Of a stretch of DNA of 64,000 bases, positions 9,826 to 19,913 are shown one piece after another. Numbering within the stretch: position 1 is the stretch's first letter; each line of letters begins with the position of its first letter. Source of the DNA: an uncultured Candidatus Saccharibacteria bacterium. Lineage in GTDB: Bacteria; Patescibacteriota; Doudnabacteria; UBA920. A program made the translations under genes and the position numbers. The notes under the pieces are model-generated. The model saw only the letters and a list, made by a program, of their open reading frames with translations. It was not told where the DNA came from and ran no database searches. The DNA lies in assembly GCA_964384035.1 (NCBI GenBank), contig CAYLIB010000004.1, positions 5,340-69,339 on the forward strand. Reading direction: 5' to 3'.

Positions 9826-9946
9826 GTAATTAAAATTTTGGCGAATTTCGTTGTCGCAAACTACGTTTGGGTCTCACCGTACCAGTCGCGTACGCCTCGA
9901 CTCAAGCCTCGCTTGCTCCTAGAACTTCACTCAAAATTTTAATTAC
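9826..9946. repeat. 121-bp element: perfect 15-bp AT-rich terminal inverted repeats (GTAATTAAAATTTTG / CAAAATTTTAATTAC) flanking a GC-rich ~90-bp core
   Basis: Read directly from the sequence. It lies immediately 3' of glmS; the core is far GC-richer than its surroundings. Confidence 0.5.
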
Positions 9947-9959
9947 TTAAGTTAAAATT

Positions 9960-10196
9960 ATGAAAATTTTTGATAAAATATTGTATGCTAATCGGTATTA
10001 CAAGATGAGCGATGTGGAATTGGAAATGGAAGGTAGGAAATGGAATGTTTCGGGAGGTCTATCAAATGGTAATTTGGATAGACAGTTTGTGGTTAATGAA
10101 TTATTACAGCGTCATCAAGCAAATGAAGCACGTGTAGCTATTTTGATTTCTATGATAGCTTTAGTTGTAAGTTTAATTTCTATATTTTGTAACTAA
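9960..10196 (+). CDS. Hypothetical small protein with a C-terminal TM helix
   Basis: 78-aa ORF. Confidence 0.4.
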   Translation: MKIFDKILYANRYYKMSDVELEMEGRKWNVSGGLSNGNLDRQFVVNELLQRHQANEARVAILISMIALVVSLISIFCN

Positions 10197-10206
10197 TCAA
10201 TTAACA

Positions 10207-10719
10207 ATGATACAGGAAAATTATATTAGAAAAGTGCAGACTTCTGTTACGGTGTTTTTGAAGCACGGAGATGAATATTTGTTTTTGCATAGACTTCCGA
10301 CTAAGAAAGTAGATGCGAATAAATTAAATGGTGTTGGTGGTAGAGTTGAGCATGGGGAAGACCATTTAACTGCGGCAGTTCGCGAAGTAGAGGAAGAAAC
10401 TGGATATAAAATAGCTCATGAAGATTTTGTCTTGAGGACAGTTTTTAGAATTCAAGAAGGGTATCCGGAAGACTGGATTGGGTGTTTTTTCGTTGCCGAA
10501 GTAGAGAGTAAGGAAATTCCAATTGGTCATGAAACACCAGACGGAAAATTAGTTTGGATTCATAAAGACAAGGTTCTGGATAGTGAGTACGATTTAGTAG
10601 ATGATTTAAATTATATTTGGAAAGATATTATCTCTACAGAAGATTTAATATTTTTTAACGCAATTGTTGGAGATGATGAAAAAATAAAAAACATTAATAT
10701 TAGTAGATTGAAAAAATGA
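10207..10719 (+). CDS. NUDIX hydrolase
   Basis: Nudix box GGRVEHGEDHLTAAVREVEEETGY. Confidence 0.75.
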   Translation: MIQENYIRKVQTSVTVFLKHGDEYLFLHRLPTKKVDANKLNGVGGRVEHGEDHLTAAVREVEEETGYKIAHEDFVLRTVFRIQEGYPEDWIGCFFVAEVESKEIPIGHETPDGKLVWIHKDKVLDSEYDLVDDLNYIWKDIISTEDLIFFNAIVGDDEKIKNINISRLKK

Positions 10720-10891
10720 TTATCTAGTAAAGAAGATCTTGTTTTTTGTTTTTAGTAAGGACAAATCAGATAATAGATTTGAGTTATACTTTTACTAAGT
10801 TGAAGTATCAATAAGATTGATTGCGAATTGGATAGTGCTAATTCATAGATAGTCTAAAAAAGAATTACTACATAAAAATAAAATAATAAAT

Positions 10892-12442
10892 ATGGCAGAT
10901 ATACCAATACCACAACCAAAAGAAGACCCAAAACTAGTTGAACAAGCTAGAGCGATGATGCAAGGTAGGTTTAAGGCGCTTATTGAACATAGTACAGATG
11001 TTATTGCGCTTTTTGGTGCAGACATGACCGTGCTCTACGATAGTCCTTCTATAGTTAAGGTTATGGGTTATACCCCAGAAGAACATGTTGGTCATAATGT
11101 TCTTGAGTTTTTGCATCCAGATGAACGAGAAGAAGCGGTTGGATTGCTAGGTTCCGTACTGGAAGAACCACTTAAGAGTATGGATTTTGAAATGCGCGTT
11201 AGGCATAAAGATGGGCATTTTGTTTGGCTCGAGGTGGTCGCAACAAATATGCTCGAGGTGCCGGAAGTAAAAGCGATAGTTATTAACTATCGTGATATTA
11301 CTGCAAGAAAAAAGATGGAAGAAGACTTGGCTGATAAGAGTAAGAGATTGCAGGAAGCAAACTTAGCGTTGGAAGAGTCGAGAGCGAGAACTCAAGCTAT
11401 TTTAGAAAGTATGGGTGAAGGTGTATTGGCTACAGATACCCAGAGTAATATTGTGTCTTGGAACAGGCAGATGGAGCAGATGTTTGGGTATACATCTGCT
11501 GAAGTTATAGGTAAAAAAGTAAGTGAAGTTTTAAAAATTCAAGACGCCCTAGGCAATGCCATACCAGAGGAAGAGAGAATGCTTAACAGAGCTTATTCGA
11601 CGAACAAAAAAGCAACAGGACAATATTTTTATATTCGTAAGGATGGTACGAGATTCCCTGCTGCAATAACAGCAACGCCGTTTTTGCTTGCAGATACTGT
11701 CTTGGGTGCAGTTAGTGTTATTAGAGATATAACTGAGCAGCTGGCAATTGATGCTGCTAAGAACGAATTTGTGACACTTATTTCTCATGAGTTAAGAACA
11801 CCATTAACAGTAGTAAGGTGGAACTCTCAGGAATTAATTAGAGAAAAAAACGTATATCAGTTATCCGACGGGGCTTTGAAATTGGTGAAATATGTTTTTC
11901 AGGCAGCAGTTACTATGAGTGAAATAGTTGAATCGGTGCTTACGGTATCTAAGTTGGATTTGAATAAGTTATATATTAATAATCAGCAGGTTAGTATATT
12001 TGATACCTTAAGTCATATTGTAGAAGAATTTTCACTTCAACTAGAAAATAAGAATATTTCTTTAAGTACAGACTTTCCTCCAGAGTCGGGATTTGTGAAA
12101 GTAGATGAAGTGTATTTAAAAATAATATTAAGGACTTTAATTTCTAATGCGACAAAGTATACACCGGAGAAGGGAGTGATTAAAGTTGGAATGAATAAAG
12201 ACGGTGATTATTTAAATTTATATGTGCAAGATTCTGGTTGTGGAATACCTGACGATGAAAAAGAAAGGATATTTACAAAGCTATATAGGGCAAGCAACGT
12301 AAAGTCGATTGAACCCAATGGTATGGGTCTGGGTTTGTTTATTTCTAGGGTGGTAGCGAGGATGATGGGAGGGGATTTATGGTTTGAGTCCGAGGTTGGT
12401 AAGGGCACAACGTTTCATTTAAAGTTATTAATTTATAAATAA
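10892..12442 (+). CDS. PAS-domain sensor histidine kinase
   Basis: Two PAS-like regions, an H-box ISHELRTPL and an HATPase_c G-box GMGLGL. Confidence 0.85.
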   Translation: MADIPIPQPKEDPKLVEQARAMMQGRFKALIEHSTDVIALFGADMTVLYDSPSIVKVMGYTPEEHVGHNVLEFLHPDEREEAVGLLGSVLEEPLKSMDFEMRVRHKDGHFVWLEVVATNMLEVPEVKAIVINYRDITARKKMEEDLADKSKRLQEANLALEESRARTQAILESMGEGVLATDTQSNIVSWNRQMEQMFGYTSAEVIGKKVSEVLKIQDALGNAIPEEERMLNRAYSTNKKATGQYFYIRKDGTRFPAAITATPFLLADTVLGAVSVIRDITEQLAIDAAKNEFVTLISHELRTPLTVVRWNSQELIREKNVYQLSDGALKLVKYVFQAAVTMSEIVESVLTVSKLDLNKLYINNQQVSIFDTLSHIVEEFSLQLENKNISLSTDFPPESGFVKVDEVYLKIILRTLISNATKYTPEKGVIKVGMNKDGDYLNLYVQDSGCGIPDDEKERIFTKLYRASNVKSIEPNGMGLGLFISRVVARMMGGDLWFESEVGKGTTFHLKLLIYK

Positions 12443-12446
12443 ATAT

Positions 12447-12836
12447 ATGAGCGATACAGCAGATTCTAAAACAATATTGGTAGTGGAGGACGATGAGAGT
12501 ATTAGGGATTTTTTGGTGAATGTACTTACGCAGGCGGGTTTTAAGGTTGTCTCAGGTAAAGATGGGGAAGAGGGGTTGGCACAGGCTAAAGCGAGTAAGC
12601 CAGATTTTGTTTTATTAGATATTATGATGCCGAAGTTGGATGGTTTGGGAATGCTTAGACAGATGAGAAATGATCCTGCGTTATCACATACTCATGTAAC
12701 TATGCTTACTAATATTAGTGATCCCGATTCAATGGCCACTGCCTTAGAATTTGGAGTAAAAGATTATTTGGTTAAGTCTAATTTAGATACGCAGGCATTG
12801 ATCTCGGATATTAAATCGAAATTATTTGTAAAATAG
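12447..12836 (+). CDS. Stand-alone response-regulator receiver (CheY-like)
   Basis: ILVVEDDESIRDFL...DFVLLDIMMPKLDG; 129 aa, immediately downstream of the kinase. Confidence 0.8.
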   Translation: MSDTADSKTILVVEDDESIRDFLVNVLTQAGFKVVSGKDGEEGLAQAKASKPDFVLLDIMMPKLDGLGMLRQMRNDPALSHTHVTMLTNISDPDSMATALEFGVKDYLVKSNLDTQALISDIKSKLFVK

Positions 12837-12843
12837 TTTATTT

Positions 12844-13980
12844 ATGAAAGCTCTTGTATTTAACAAAAAAAAAGCTGAGTGGGAGAATTCTAAAGGTTTT
12901 GATTTGGCAGAAGTACCTAATCCTGAGTTGGGCGAAGGAGATGAGAAAAAGGTTATAGTGAAAGTTCATTTTGCAGGAGTATGTGGAAGTGATAGGGGTA
13001 TTTGGTATAGGCAGGCATTTCGTGATCAGATTCTTTCCAGTTTAGAGAGTGAGAGTGTAGATGTGAGGGTTATTGGGCATGAGCACTTTGGTGAAATTGT
13101 AGAAGTGGGATCTAAGGTAACTAATTTTAAAGTAGGAGATTTCGTCTCCGCTGAGTCACACGTTATTTGTCAGGAGTGTTTTCAGTGCAAGAATGGTCAG
13201 AGTAACGTTTGTACTAATGAGAAAATTTTAGGAATTAGCCACCCTGGTATATTTGCCGAGTTTGTTAAATTGCCTGAGCATATAGTTTGGCATACAGATA
13301 CTTCTAAAATTCGTCCGGAAGTAGCTGCTGTCCAGGAACCTTTTGGAAATGCAGTGCATGCGGCTAGTAAGGTGGATTTAAAAGGTAAGAGTGTGGCTAT
13401 TTTTGGGTTGGGTCCTATAGGGCTATTTTTGGTATTGGTAGCTAGAGGGATGGGTGCCAAAATAATTATTGGTGTAGATCCAAATCCGGTAGCAGCTGAA
13501 ATGGCTAAGAAGTTGGGTATAGATTTTACAATTACTCTTAATGCAGAAAAAAAAGAAAAAACCTATTCTCATGATTTGGGTGTTACTGATGAGATCATGA
13601 AAATAACGAATGGGCTGGGGGTGGATGTTAGTTTTGAAATGGCTGGGTTTAATTCTTCGGTAAATAATTGTTTGTATGCCACTCGCAGAGGTGGGGACGT
13701 GGTTTTGTTTGGAATTAAAACTGGAGATTTTGTTTTTGAAGATTTTAATAGAATGGTCGTGAGAGGTTTTACGATTCATTGTGTAATTGGAAGAGAGGTT
13801 TTTAAGACATGGGAAATTACTAAAAGATTATTAGAAGATTCTAGTAATCAGATACAAGAAAAAATTTGGAATGTAATTTTAAACCAAGGCAAAGGGACTG
13901 TTCTAGATATAACTGATTATACAAAGGAAAAATTTGAGGAACTTATGTTAGAGCATCCAAAAATATTAGTTAAATTTTAG
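12844..13980 (+). CDS. Zn-dependent MDR dehydrogenase, L-threonine 3-dehydrogenase-like
   Basis: AGVCGSD and GHEHFGEIVEVG zinc-ADH motifs; it lies near kbl. Confidence 0.7.
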   Translation: MKALVFNKKKAEWENSKGFDLAEVPNPELGEGDEKKVIVKVHFAGVCGSDRGIWYRQAFRDQILSSLESESVDVRVIGHEHFGEIVEVGSKVTNFKVGDFVSAESHVICQECFQCKNGQSNVCTNEKILGISHPGIFAEFVKLPEHIVWHTDTSKIRPEVAAVQEPFGNAVHAASKVDLKGKSVAIFGLGPIGLFLVLVARGMGAKIIIGVDPNPVAAEMAKKLGIDFTITLNAEKKEKTYSHDLGVTDEIMKITNGLGVDVSFEMAGFNSSVNNCLYATRRGGDVVLFGIKTGDFVFEDFNRMVVRGFTIHCVIGREVFKTWEITKRLLEDSSNQIQEKIWNVILNQGKGTVLDITDYTKEKFEELMLEHPKILVKF

Positions 13981-13981
13981 A

Positions 13982-14854
13982 ATGACTGAGATTAGAAAAG
14001 GCGAGTTATTAATATTGGGTTCGGCAATTACTTGGGGATTTTTTCCTGTTTTTGCTGTTCTATCTTACAGAACTTTACCGCCACTATTTTCCTTGGTTTG
14101 TAGTCTTTTTGTGGCTGCTATTATTTTTGCGATTTCGGTTACCGTAAGAAAAGAATGGGGAGAATTGAAAAATAAAGAGGCATGGAAGCATTTATTTTGG
14201 GTTTTAGTGTGTAATTCTGTTGGTTATCATGCCCTCTATTATATTGCCTTAAAATTTACGACTCCGGGGAATGCATCGCTTGTCGCTCTTACCGAGGTGC
14301 TTATGGCTTTTTTGTTATTTCATGTTTGGCATAAAGAAGAAATAACAAAAATACACGTGCTAGGGGTACTTTTAATGTTATCTGGTGCAGTGACTATTTT
14401 GTCACAAAATTTTCATGGATTCGTTTGGGGTGACTGGTTGATAGTTTTAGCGGCTACCCTCTCTCCTTACGGGAATAGACACCAGCAAAAAGTGAGAAAA
14501 TTAATTAGCTCTCATACTTTGTTGTTTGTTAGGAGTGCGTTTAGTATTCCGTTTATAGTATTGATAGCACTTTTATTAGGGGAGAGTCTTCAAAGAACAG
14601 ATTTGTTCAATTCATTATGGTCTATTGTTTTTGTGGGAGTTGTTAGTATGGTAATATCGAAAATTCTTTGGATAGAGGGAATACATAGAATACCCGTAAC
14701 TAAATCTAATACTATTGCTTCGCTAGGAGCTGGGTTCACCATTCTTTTTGCTTGGTTATTTTTAAGCCAAGTACCTACAGCTAGGCAATTAGTCGCATTG
14801 CCATTGTTAGTTGTTGGTTTATTTTTTATTACAAAGAATAAAATTGGTGAATAA
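13982..14854 (+). CDS. EamA/DMT-family transporter
   Basis: About 10 TM helices arranged as a duplicated EamA-like fold. Confidence 0.65.
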   Translation: MTEIRKGELLILGSAITWGFFPVFAVLSYRTLPPLFSLVCSLFVAAIIFAISVTVRKEWGELKNKEAWKHLFWVLVCNSVGYHALYYIALKFTTPGNASLVALTEVLMAFLLFHVWHKEEITKIHVLGVLLMLSGAVTILSQNFHGFVWGDWLIVLAATLSPYGNRHQQKVRKLISSHTLLFVRSAFSIPFIVLIALLLGESLQRTDLFNSLWSIVFVGVVSMVISKILWIEGIHRIPVTKSNTIASLGAGFTILFAWLFLSQVPTARQLVALPLLVVGLFFITKNKIGE

Positions 14855-14898
14855 AAAATAACCACCATAGAAGATGATGGTTATTAATATTAACTAAT

Positions 14899-15450
14899 TT
14901 AAAAAGTAATTGGAATAGAAATTGAGTCGGCATTTTGAGGTTCGCCGGATGGATTATCTTTTTCTAAGATTAATGTACCGGTTGTAGTAGATGGAGTTGG
15001 GAAAGTTAATGTTGCTGTGAAAGGCACGAAGCTTGTTGTCATCCAATTCCCTTGTGCCTGGCCGGTGGTTTGTGTCAGCAAAGTATTGTTCGCATCGTAG
15101 AGTTTAATAGGAAAACTGGCTTCAAAGTACCAAGACCCCTTGGCTTGACCGGAAATTGTAAGCGGACTTGAAACTTGTGTGTTTGGTTGAGGAAATGTAA
15201 CAGTGATATTTGTGTTCAGTGGTTTTGGGTCTGGTACTGGTTGTGGTTTGGCAGATATGCTTTGTGTATAGCTTTTTTTGCCTACTACACAATTTGCTGG
15301 ATAACTTTCTTGTACGGGGTAACCCGCGGCAACGCAACTGTCGAAATCCACAATATTTGTTTTTATATGCCATTCGCGTAGATAAGAGACTCCAAAGGCG
15401 ATACCAATACCAAAGATAATTAATAGTACTGGTTTAAGATATTTTTTCAT
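14899..15450 (-). CDS. Secreted protein with a C-terminal Gmad2-like Ig domain
   Basis: Signal peptide MKKYLKPVLLIIFGIGIAFG. The C-terminal segment SWYFEASFPIKLYDANN...TLILEKDNPSG resembles the GerM-associated Gmad2 domain. Confidence 0.5.
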   Translation of the reverse strand: MKKYLKPVLLIIFGIGIAFGVSYLREWHIKTNIVDFDSCVAAGYPVQESYPANCVVGKKSYTQSISAKPQPVPDPKPLNTNITVTFPQPNTQVSSPLTISGQAKGSWYFEASFPIKLYDANNTLLTQTTGQAQGNWMTTSFVPFTATLTFPTPSTTTGTLILEKDNPSGEPQNADSISIPITF

Positions 15451-15493
15451 AAAAGAAGTTTAATATTCGATATTAATATAGACTAAGAATGAT

Positions 15494-16660
15494 ATGTATA
15501 CAATAAAAGAACAAATTCAAGAAGAAATTAGTGCTATTAGGGATTCTGGAAGTTATAAAAAAGAGTTACCAATATCTGGATGGCAAGGGGTGGAGATAGA
15601 AGTTGAGGGCAAGAAATTGCTTAATTTCTGCGCAAATAATTATCTAGGTTTGGCCGGGAGTCAAATGTTAGTCGATATAGCTAAAGAAGGCTTGGATAAG
15701 TACGGCTTTGGCATGGCTAGTGTTAGGTTTATTTGTGGTACCTCCACTGTTCACAAAGAGCTTGAAGCAGAAGTCTCAAAGTTTTTTAATACCGAAGATA
15801 CAATTTTGTACGGGTCGTGTTTTGACGCAAACACTGGGTTATTCGAGATAATTTTAACAGCGGAAGATGCAATTATTTCAGATGAACTCAATCATGCTTC
15901 TATTATAGACGGTGTGAGATTATGTAAAGCCGAAAGGTATAGATATCTTCACTCTGATATGAGTGATTTGGAGGTGAAATTAAAAGAGGCAGAGGGGAAG
16001 AGAAGAAAATTGATAGTTACAGATGGTGTGTTTTCTATGGATGGTGAAACTGCAAAGCTCAAGGAAATTTGTGACTTGGCTGATAAGTATGGAGCGCTTG
16101 TAGTAGTTGATGAATCACACGACGCAGGAGTCTCGGGGGAGACAGGTAGAGGTGCGGTAGAAGTGTGTGGAGTGATCGATAGGGTAGATTTAATTACAGG
16201 AACTTTTGGAAAAGCTTTTGGCGGAGCGAGTGGTGGGTTTACAACCGGCAAAAAAGAAATAGTGGAACTTTTGCGTCAGAGAAGTAGAACAACTTTGTTT
16301 TCTAATTCATTAGCACCGAGCATAGCATATGCGGCGCTATATGTGTTTAAGAATTTCGAGGAAAAAATATTACCACTCAGAGGACAGTTAAAAGAGAATA
16401 CAGAGTATTTTAGAAATAAAATGAAGGAAGCTGGATTTGATCTTGGAGGAGATGGTACGCACCCAATTACTCCGGTTATGTTGTATGATGAAAAAAAAGC
16501 TAGTGAGATGGCGGATAAGTTATTCGAAAAAGGAATATATGTTCGAGGATTTACTTATCCTGTAGTCCCTAAAGGTAAGGCAAGAATCAGGGTACAGATT
16601 TCAGCTTCTCATAATAGGGATCAATTAGATAAAGCAGTAGTAGCTTTTTCTGCTGTTTAG
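15494..16660 (+). CDS. kbl: Glycine C-acetyltransferase (2-amino-3-ketobutyrate CoA ligase)
   Basis: FCANNYLGLAGSQ motif and PLP-lysine region TFGKAFGGASGG; class-II aminotransferase, 388 aa. Confidence 0.85.
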   Translation: MYTIKEQIQEEISAIRDSGSYKKELPISGWQGVEIEVEGKKLLNFCANNYLGLAGSQMLVDIAKEGLDKYGFGMASVRFICGTSTVHKELEAEVSKFFNTEDTILYGSCFDANTGLFEIILTAEDAIISDELNHASIIDGVRLCKAERYRYLHSDMSDLEVKLKEAEGKRRKLIVTDGVFSMDGETAKLKEICDLADKYGALVVVDESHDAGVSGETGRGAVEVCGVIDRVDLITGTFGKAFGGASGGFTTGKKEIVELLRQRSRTTLFSNSLAPSIAYAALYVFKNFEEKILPLRGQLKENTEYFRNKMKEAGFDLGGDGTHPITPVMLYDEKKASEMADKLFEKGIYVRGFTYPVVPKGKARIRVQISASHNRDQLDKAVVAFSAV

Positions 16661-16679
16661 TTTTTAATAGTTATTTTTT

Positions 16680-17429
16680 ATGTCTGAGAATCGTGTTGAA
16701 TATCCGTTTATTTCGGAACCAGTTGAACATTCAGGGATCACAGGTAAAATTTGGCAATTATCTGATAATCCTGAGGTGCTTTTACGAAAGACAATAATAG
16801 ATGATCTAGATAACTTTGATTTTATCACCGATAGATTTCGTAGAGGCGCAGATATTTTTAAATCTTTGAATGAGAAATATGGTATAAAAATCCCTAGTAA
16901 TGAGATGGTAATTAGTAACGATGAGAAAGGTATTCCTTGTGTATTTCAAAGAGTGGAGAAAATTCATGGAAATAGTTTAGATAGTCTAGATCTGAGTTCA
17001 GAAACCGATTTGGAACAAGTGAAGAGTAAGTTTTTGATTTTGTGTAATGGGCTCTTGTCGTATATTAAGGAAACGTATGAGCAAGGGGGTGATTTATTGT
17101 GGGATATTAAGGATGAGCAGATTATGTATGGTAAAAGAAGTGGTGATAAGAATAACGAATTTTGGTTTGTAGATGTAGATCCGTATTTTAAAGTACAGCA
17201 AAGTAAATTTCCTAATATATACTTTCTTATGACCTTGAAAAAATTAAGAGATCTGATTAATGATTTCAAAAACAAATATCTTCAATTAGGCCATTCGGAT
17301 CAGCTCGATGATTTTAATAAATTGGATAAGTCAATTTTGGGATTTGTGAATGATATAGAAATAGATCCAAGAAAATACCCAGATGGTCAATATATGTTGG
17401 ATTATAAAGCTGGAAATTTTAGTTTGTAG
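16680..17429 (+). CDS. Hypothetical protein, possibly with an atypical kinase-like fold
   Basis: 249 aa; weak kinase-like motifs DLLWDIKDEQIMYG and FWFVDVDPYF. Confidence 0.45.
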   Translation: MSENRVEYPFISEPVEHSGITGKIWQLSDNPEVLLRKTIIDDLDNFDFITDRFRRGADIFKSLNEKYGIKIPSNEMVISNDEKGIPCVFQRVEKIHGNSLDSLDLSSETDLEQVKSKFLILCNGLLSYIKETYEQGGDLLWDIKDEQIMYGKRSGDKNNEFWFVDVDPYFKVQQSKFPNIYFLMTLKKLRDLINDFKNKYLQLGHSDQLDDFNKLDKSILGFVNDIEIDPRKYPDGQYMLDYKAGNFSL

Positions 17430-17451
17430 ATTTTAAATTAAAATAATTTTT

Positions 17452-18426
17452 ATGAAAAAAATTGTAATTATTGGAGGCGGTACTGGAACTTATACTTTAC
17501 TTTCCGGTCTCCGGCAGTTTCCTTCGGAGAATAGTGTAATTGTGTCTACTGCGGACGATGGTGGGAGCGGTGGAAAACTCCGAAATGAACTTGGGGTTTT
17601 GCCTCCAGGAGATTTTAGACAGTGCTTACTAGGACTTTCATATACAGATGAAAGCTTGAAGGAAGTATTTGGGTATAGGTTTTCTAAAGGTAGTTTAGCT
17701 GGTCATACGGTTGGTAATATTCTATTGGCTGCTTCAGAACTGGTAACAAAAAATGCTGAGAGTGGGATAGAGTTGATTGGACGAATCTTAAATACTCGGG
17801 GTTCGGTTGTGCCTGTTTCTTTAAAACAAACTGTTCTTTCAGCCAAATTGGATAATGGGAAGACGATTAAGGGAGAGCATAATATAGATGAACCAGAATC
17901 TAAAAAGCCATACTTAATAAAAGATTTAAGTTTGATGCCTAAGGTTTCTGCTAACCCTAAGGCATTAAATTTAATAAAAGAGGCTGATGTTGTAGTTTTT
18001 GGACCTGGTGATTTGTATACAAGTACAATTCCTAATTTATTGGTTTCCGGAATTCGTGATGCCTTAAAGAAAAGTAAGGCGAAAAAAGTTTTGGTGGTTA
18101 ATTTAATGACAAAATTTGGCCAAACTCAAGGTTTCAGTTCTACGGATTTTGTAAAAGAATTTATTAAGTATGCTGGTGAAAAAATACTCGATTATGTAAT
18201 AGTAAATACCAAAAAACCAGACAGTTCGACTTTAAAACTTTATAGTAAAGAAAAGGCGGGATTCATGGATGCCAAAATAAATGAATTGGAATCTTTGGGT
18301 GTTAGAGTATTGTCAGCGGATTTGGTATCTAGGGTTAAGTATAAAAAAGTGGCGGGGGACACTCTTAATAGAAGTCATCTTAGGCATGATTCTAATAAAC
18401 TTGCTCAAATATTATGGGAGTTATAA
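17452..18426 (+). CDS. YvcK/CofD-family protein (gluconeogenesis factor / 2-phospho-L-lactate transferase family)
   Basis: IVIIGGGTGTYTLLSGL...TADDGGSGGKLR signature. Confidence 0.8.
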   Translation: MKKIVIIGGGTGTYTLLSGLRQFPSENSVIVSTADDGGSGGKLRNELGVLPPGDFRQCLLGLSYTDESLKEVFGYRFSKGSLAGHTVGNILLAASELVTKNAESGIELIGRILNTRGSVVPVSLKQTVLSAKLDNGKTIKGEHNIDEPESKKPYLIKDLSLMPKVSANPKALNLIKEADVVVFGPGDLYTSTIPNLLVSGIRDALKKSKAKKVLVVNLMTKFGQTQGFSSTDFVKEFIKYAGEKILDYVIVNTKKPDSSTLKLYSKEKAGFMDAKINELESLGVRVLSADLVSRVKYKKVAGDTLNRSHLRHDSNKLAQILWEL

Positions 18427-18794
18427 ATAAAATGGAAATATCTAAAGAAGAAATCAGAGAGAATATTTATGCCGTTAAATTAAATGTGCATGAACAAGGG
18501 ACTATAATTGGCTGGGCACTTATTTATGTAATTGCGAATGAAAGACATGATGAACCTTATGCATTTTTAGAGAATGTGTACATAGAACAGGAATATAGAA
18601 AAAAAGGATTGGGGACAGACCTTTTAAATGAAGTAATAGAAGAAGCAAAAAGAAGGAATTGTTATAAAATAATAGGTACTAGCAGATTTCCAAAAGAGTA
18701 CGTGCACGACTTCTATCTGAAACATGGCTTTACTAAATGGGGATATGAGTTTAGGATGGATTTAAAAGACTCCGAAATAAAACAACGCGATTAA
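18414..18794 (+). CDS. GNAT-family N-acetyltransferase
   Basis: YRKKGLGTDLLNEVIEEAKRR acetyl-CoA binding motif. Confidence 0.7.
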   Translation: MGVINKMEISKEEIRENIYAVKLNVHEQGTIIGWALIYVIANERHDEPYAFLENVYIEQEYRKKGLGTDLLNEVIEEAKRRNCYKIIGTSRFPKEYVHDFYLKHGFTKWGYEFRMDLKDSEIKQRD

Positions 18795-18932
18795 TTTATT
18801 TTATTTAATGTCAAATAAGAAAGTAGCTAGTAAAAAGAGTTTGTTAAGTAGGGCTGGTAAGTTTGTGGGTTCCTGGATTATTCGAATTATTGGAATGATC
18901 TTAATAGGTGGTAAATAGTAAATTATAAGACA

Positions 18933-19688
18933 ATGGGTTTAACAGATCATGATAGTTTACAAGTTATAGTATTGGCAGGCGGTAAAGGGAAGCGTATGCA
19001 GAATGAGGATACTCCAAAAGTTCTAATTCCCTTTAAAGGGAGACCGCTGTTGTCGTATGCGTTAAATGCCGTACTTGGTTTAAATTTAGATGTTAAGCCA
19101 ATAGCTGTGGTGGGATACTTAAGAGAGCAAATAATAGAAGTATTTGCGAATAGATTTCAGTATGCGGTGCAGGAGCAGCAGTTAGGGACAGCACATGCTG
19201 TTTTAACAGCAAAGGGTTTAGTGTCAGCAGATAAAGTTTTGGTAATGTATGGTGACATGCCTTTTATTACAACTGAGAGTTTGAAAAAACTTATAATTTC
19301 GCATGCTCTTTCTGGGAGTGGAATTTCTATGCTAACTGCTGTGGTTGATAATTTTGAGGGAAGGTACATTAGCCTTTATCATTATGGTCGTATTATAAGA
19401 GCGAGTTATGAAGAGGTTTCAGAAATAAAAGAATTTAGAGATTGTAGTGATGCCGAAAGACAGATAAAGGAGGTAAATCCTGGTATTTATTTGGTTGAGA
19501 CAGAGCTTCTTTGGAAGTATTTGGAAAAAGTGGATAAGAATAATGACCAGAATGAGTATTATTTAACAGATATTGTGAAAATTGCGATTGAAGATGGTCA
19601 AGAAGTTAATACAGTATTATTCCCTCCCGAAGAAGCCGTGGGGATAAACAGTATGGAAGACTTAAAGGAAGCTGAAAAAATTGTCTGA
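18933..19688 (+). CDS. Sugar-phosphate nucleotidyltransferase (GlmU N-terminal domain-like, no acetyltransferase domain)
   Basis: VIVLAGGKGKRM...QQLGTAHAV motifs. Confidence 0.7.
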   Translation: MGLTDHDSLQVIVLAGGKGKRMQNEDTPKVLIPFKGRPLLSYALNAVLGLNLDVKPIAVVGYLREQIIEVFANRFQYAVQEQQLGTAHAVLTAKGLVSADKVLVMYGDMPFITTESLKKLIISHALSGSGISMLTAVVDNFEGRYISLYHYGRIIRASYEEVSEIKEFRDCSDAERQIKEVNPGIYLVETELLWKYLEKVDKNNDQNEYYLTDIVKIAIEDGQEVNTVLFPPEEAVGINSMEDLKEAEKIV

Positions 19689-19913
19689 ACCTGACTATTG
19701 TTGACAACGAAAGATGATGGTGTATGATAAAGTATGAAAAGGGAAATTTAGTTTTTCGACTTGAGCTTTAGTATGGGCAAAGCCCGAAGCTAATCAAGAG
19801 CTCTCTTCTTGGTTTCTTCTCTTCGATGGTTATTATCTGACTCCGGAGAAACTAGGGAGCGCCTTAGGTTTATGGAGCGAACTGGGTCCGTCCCAGAACA
19901 GGAGGTTCGCTTC

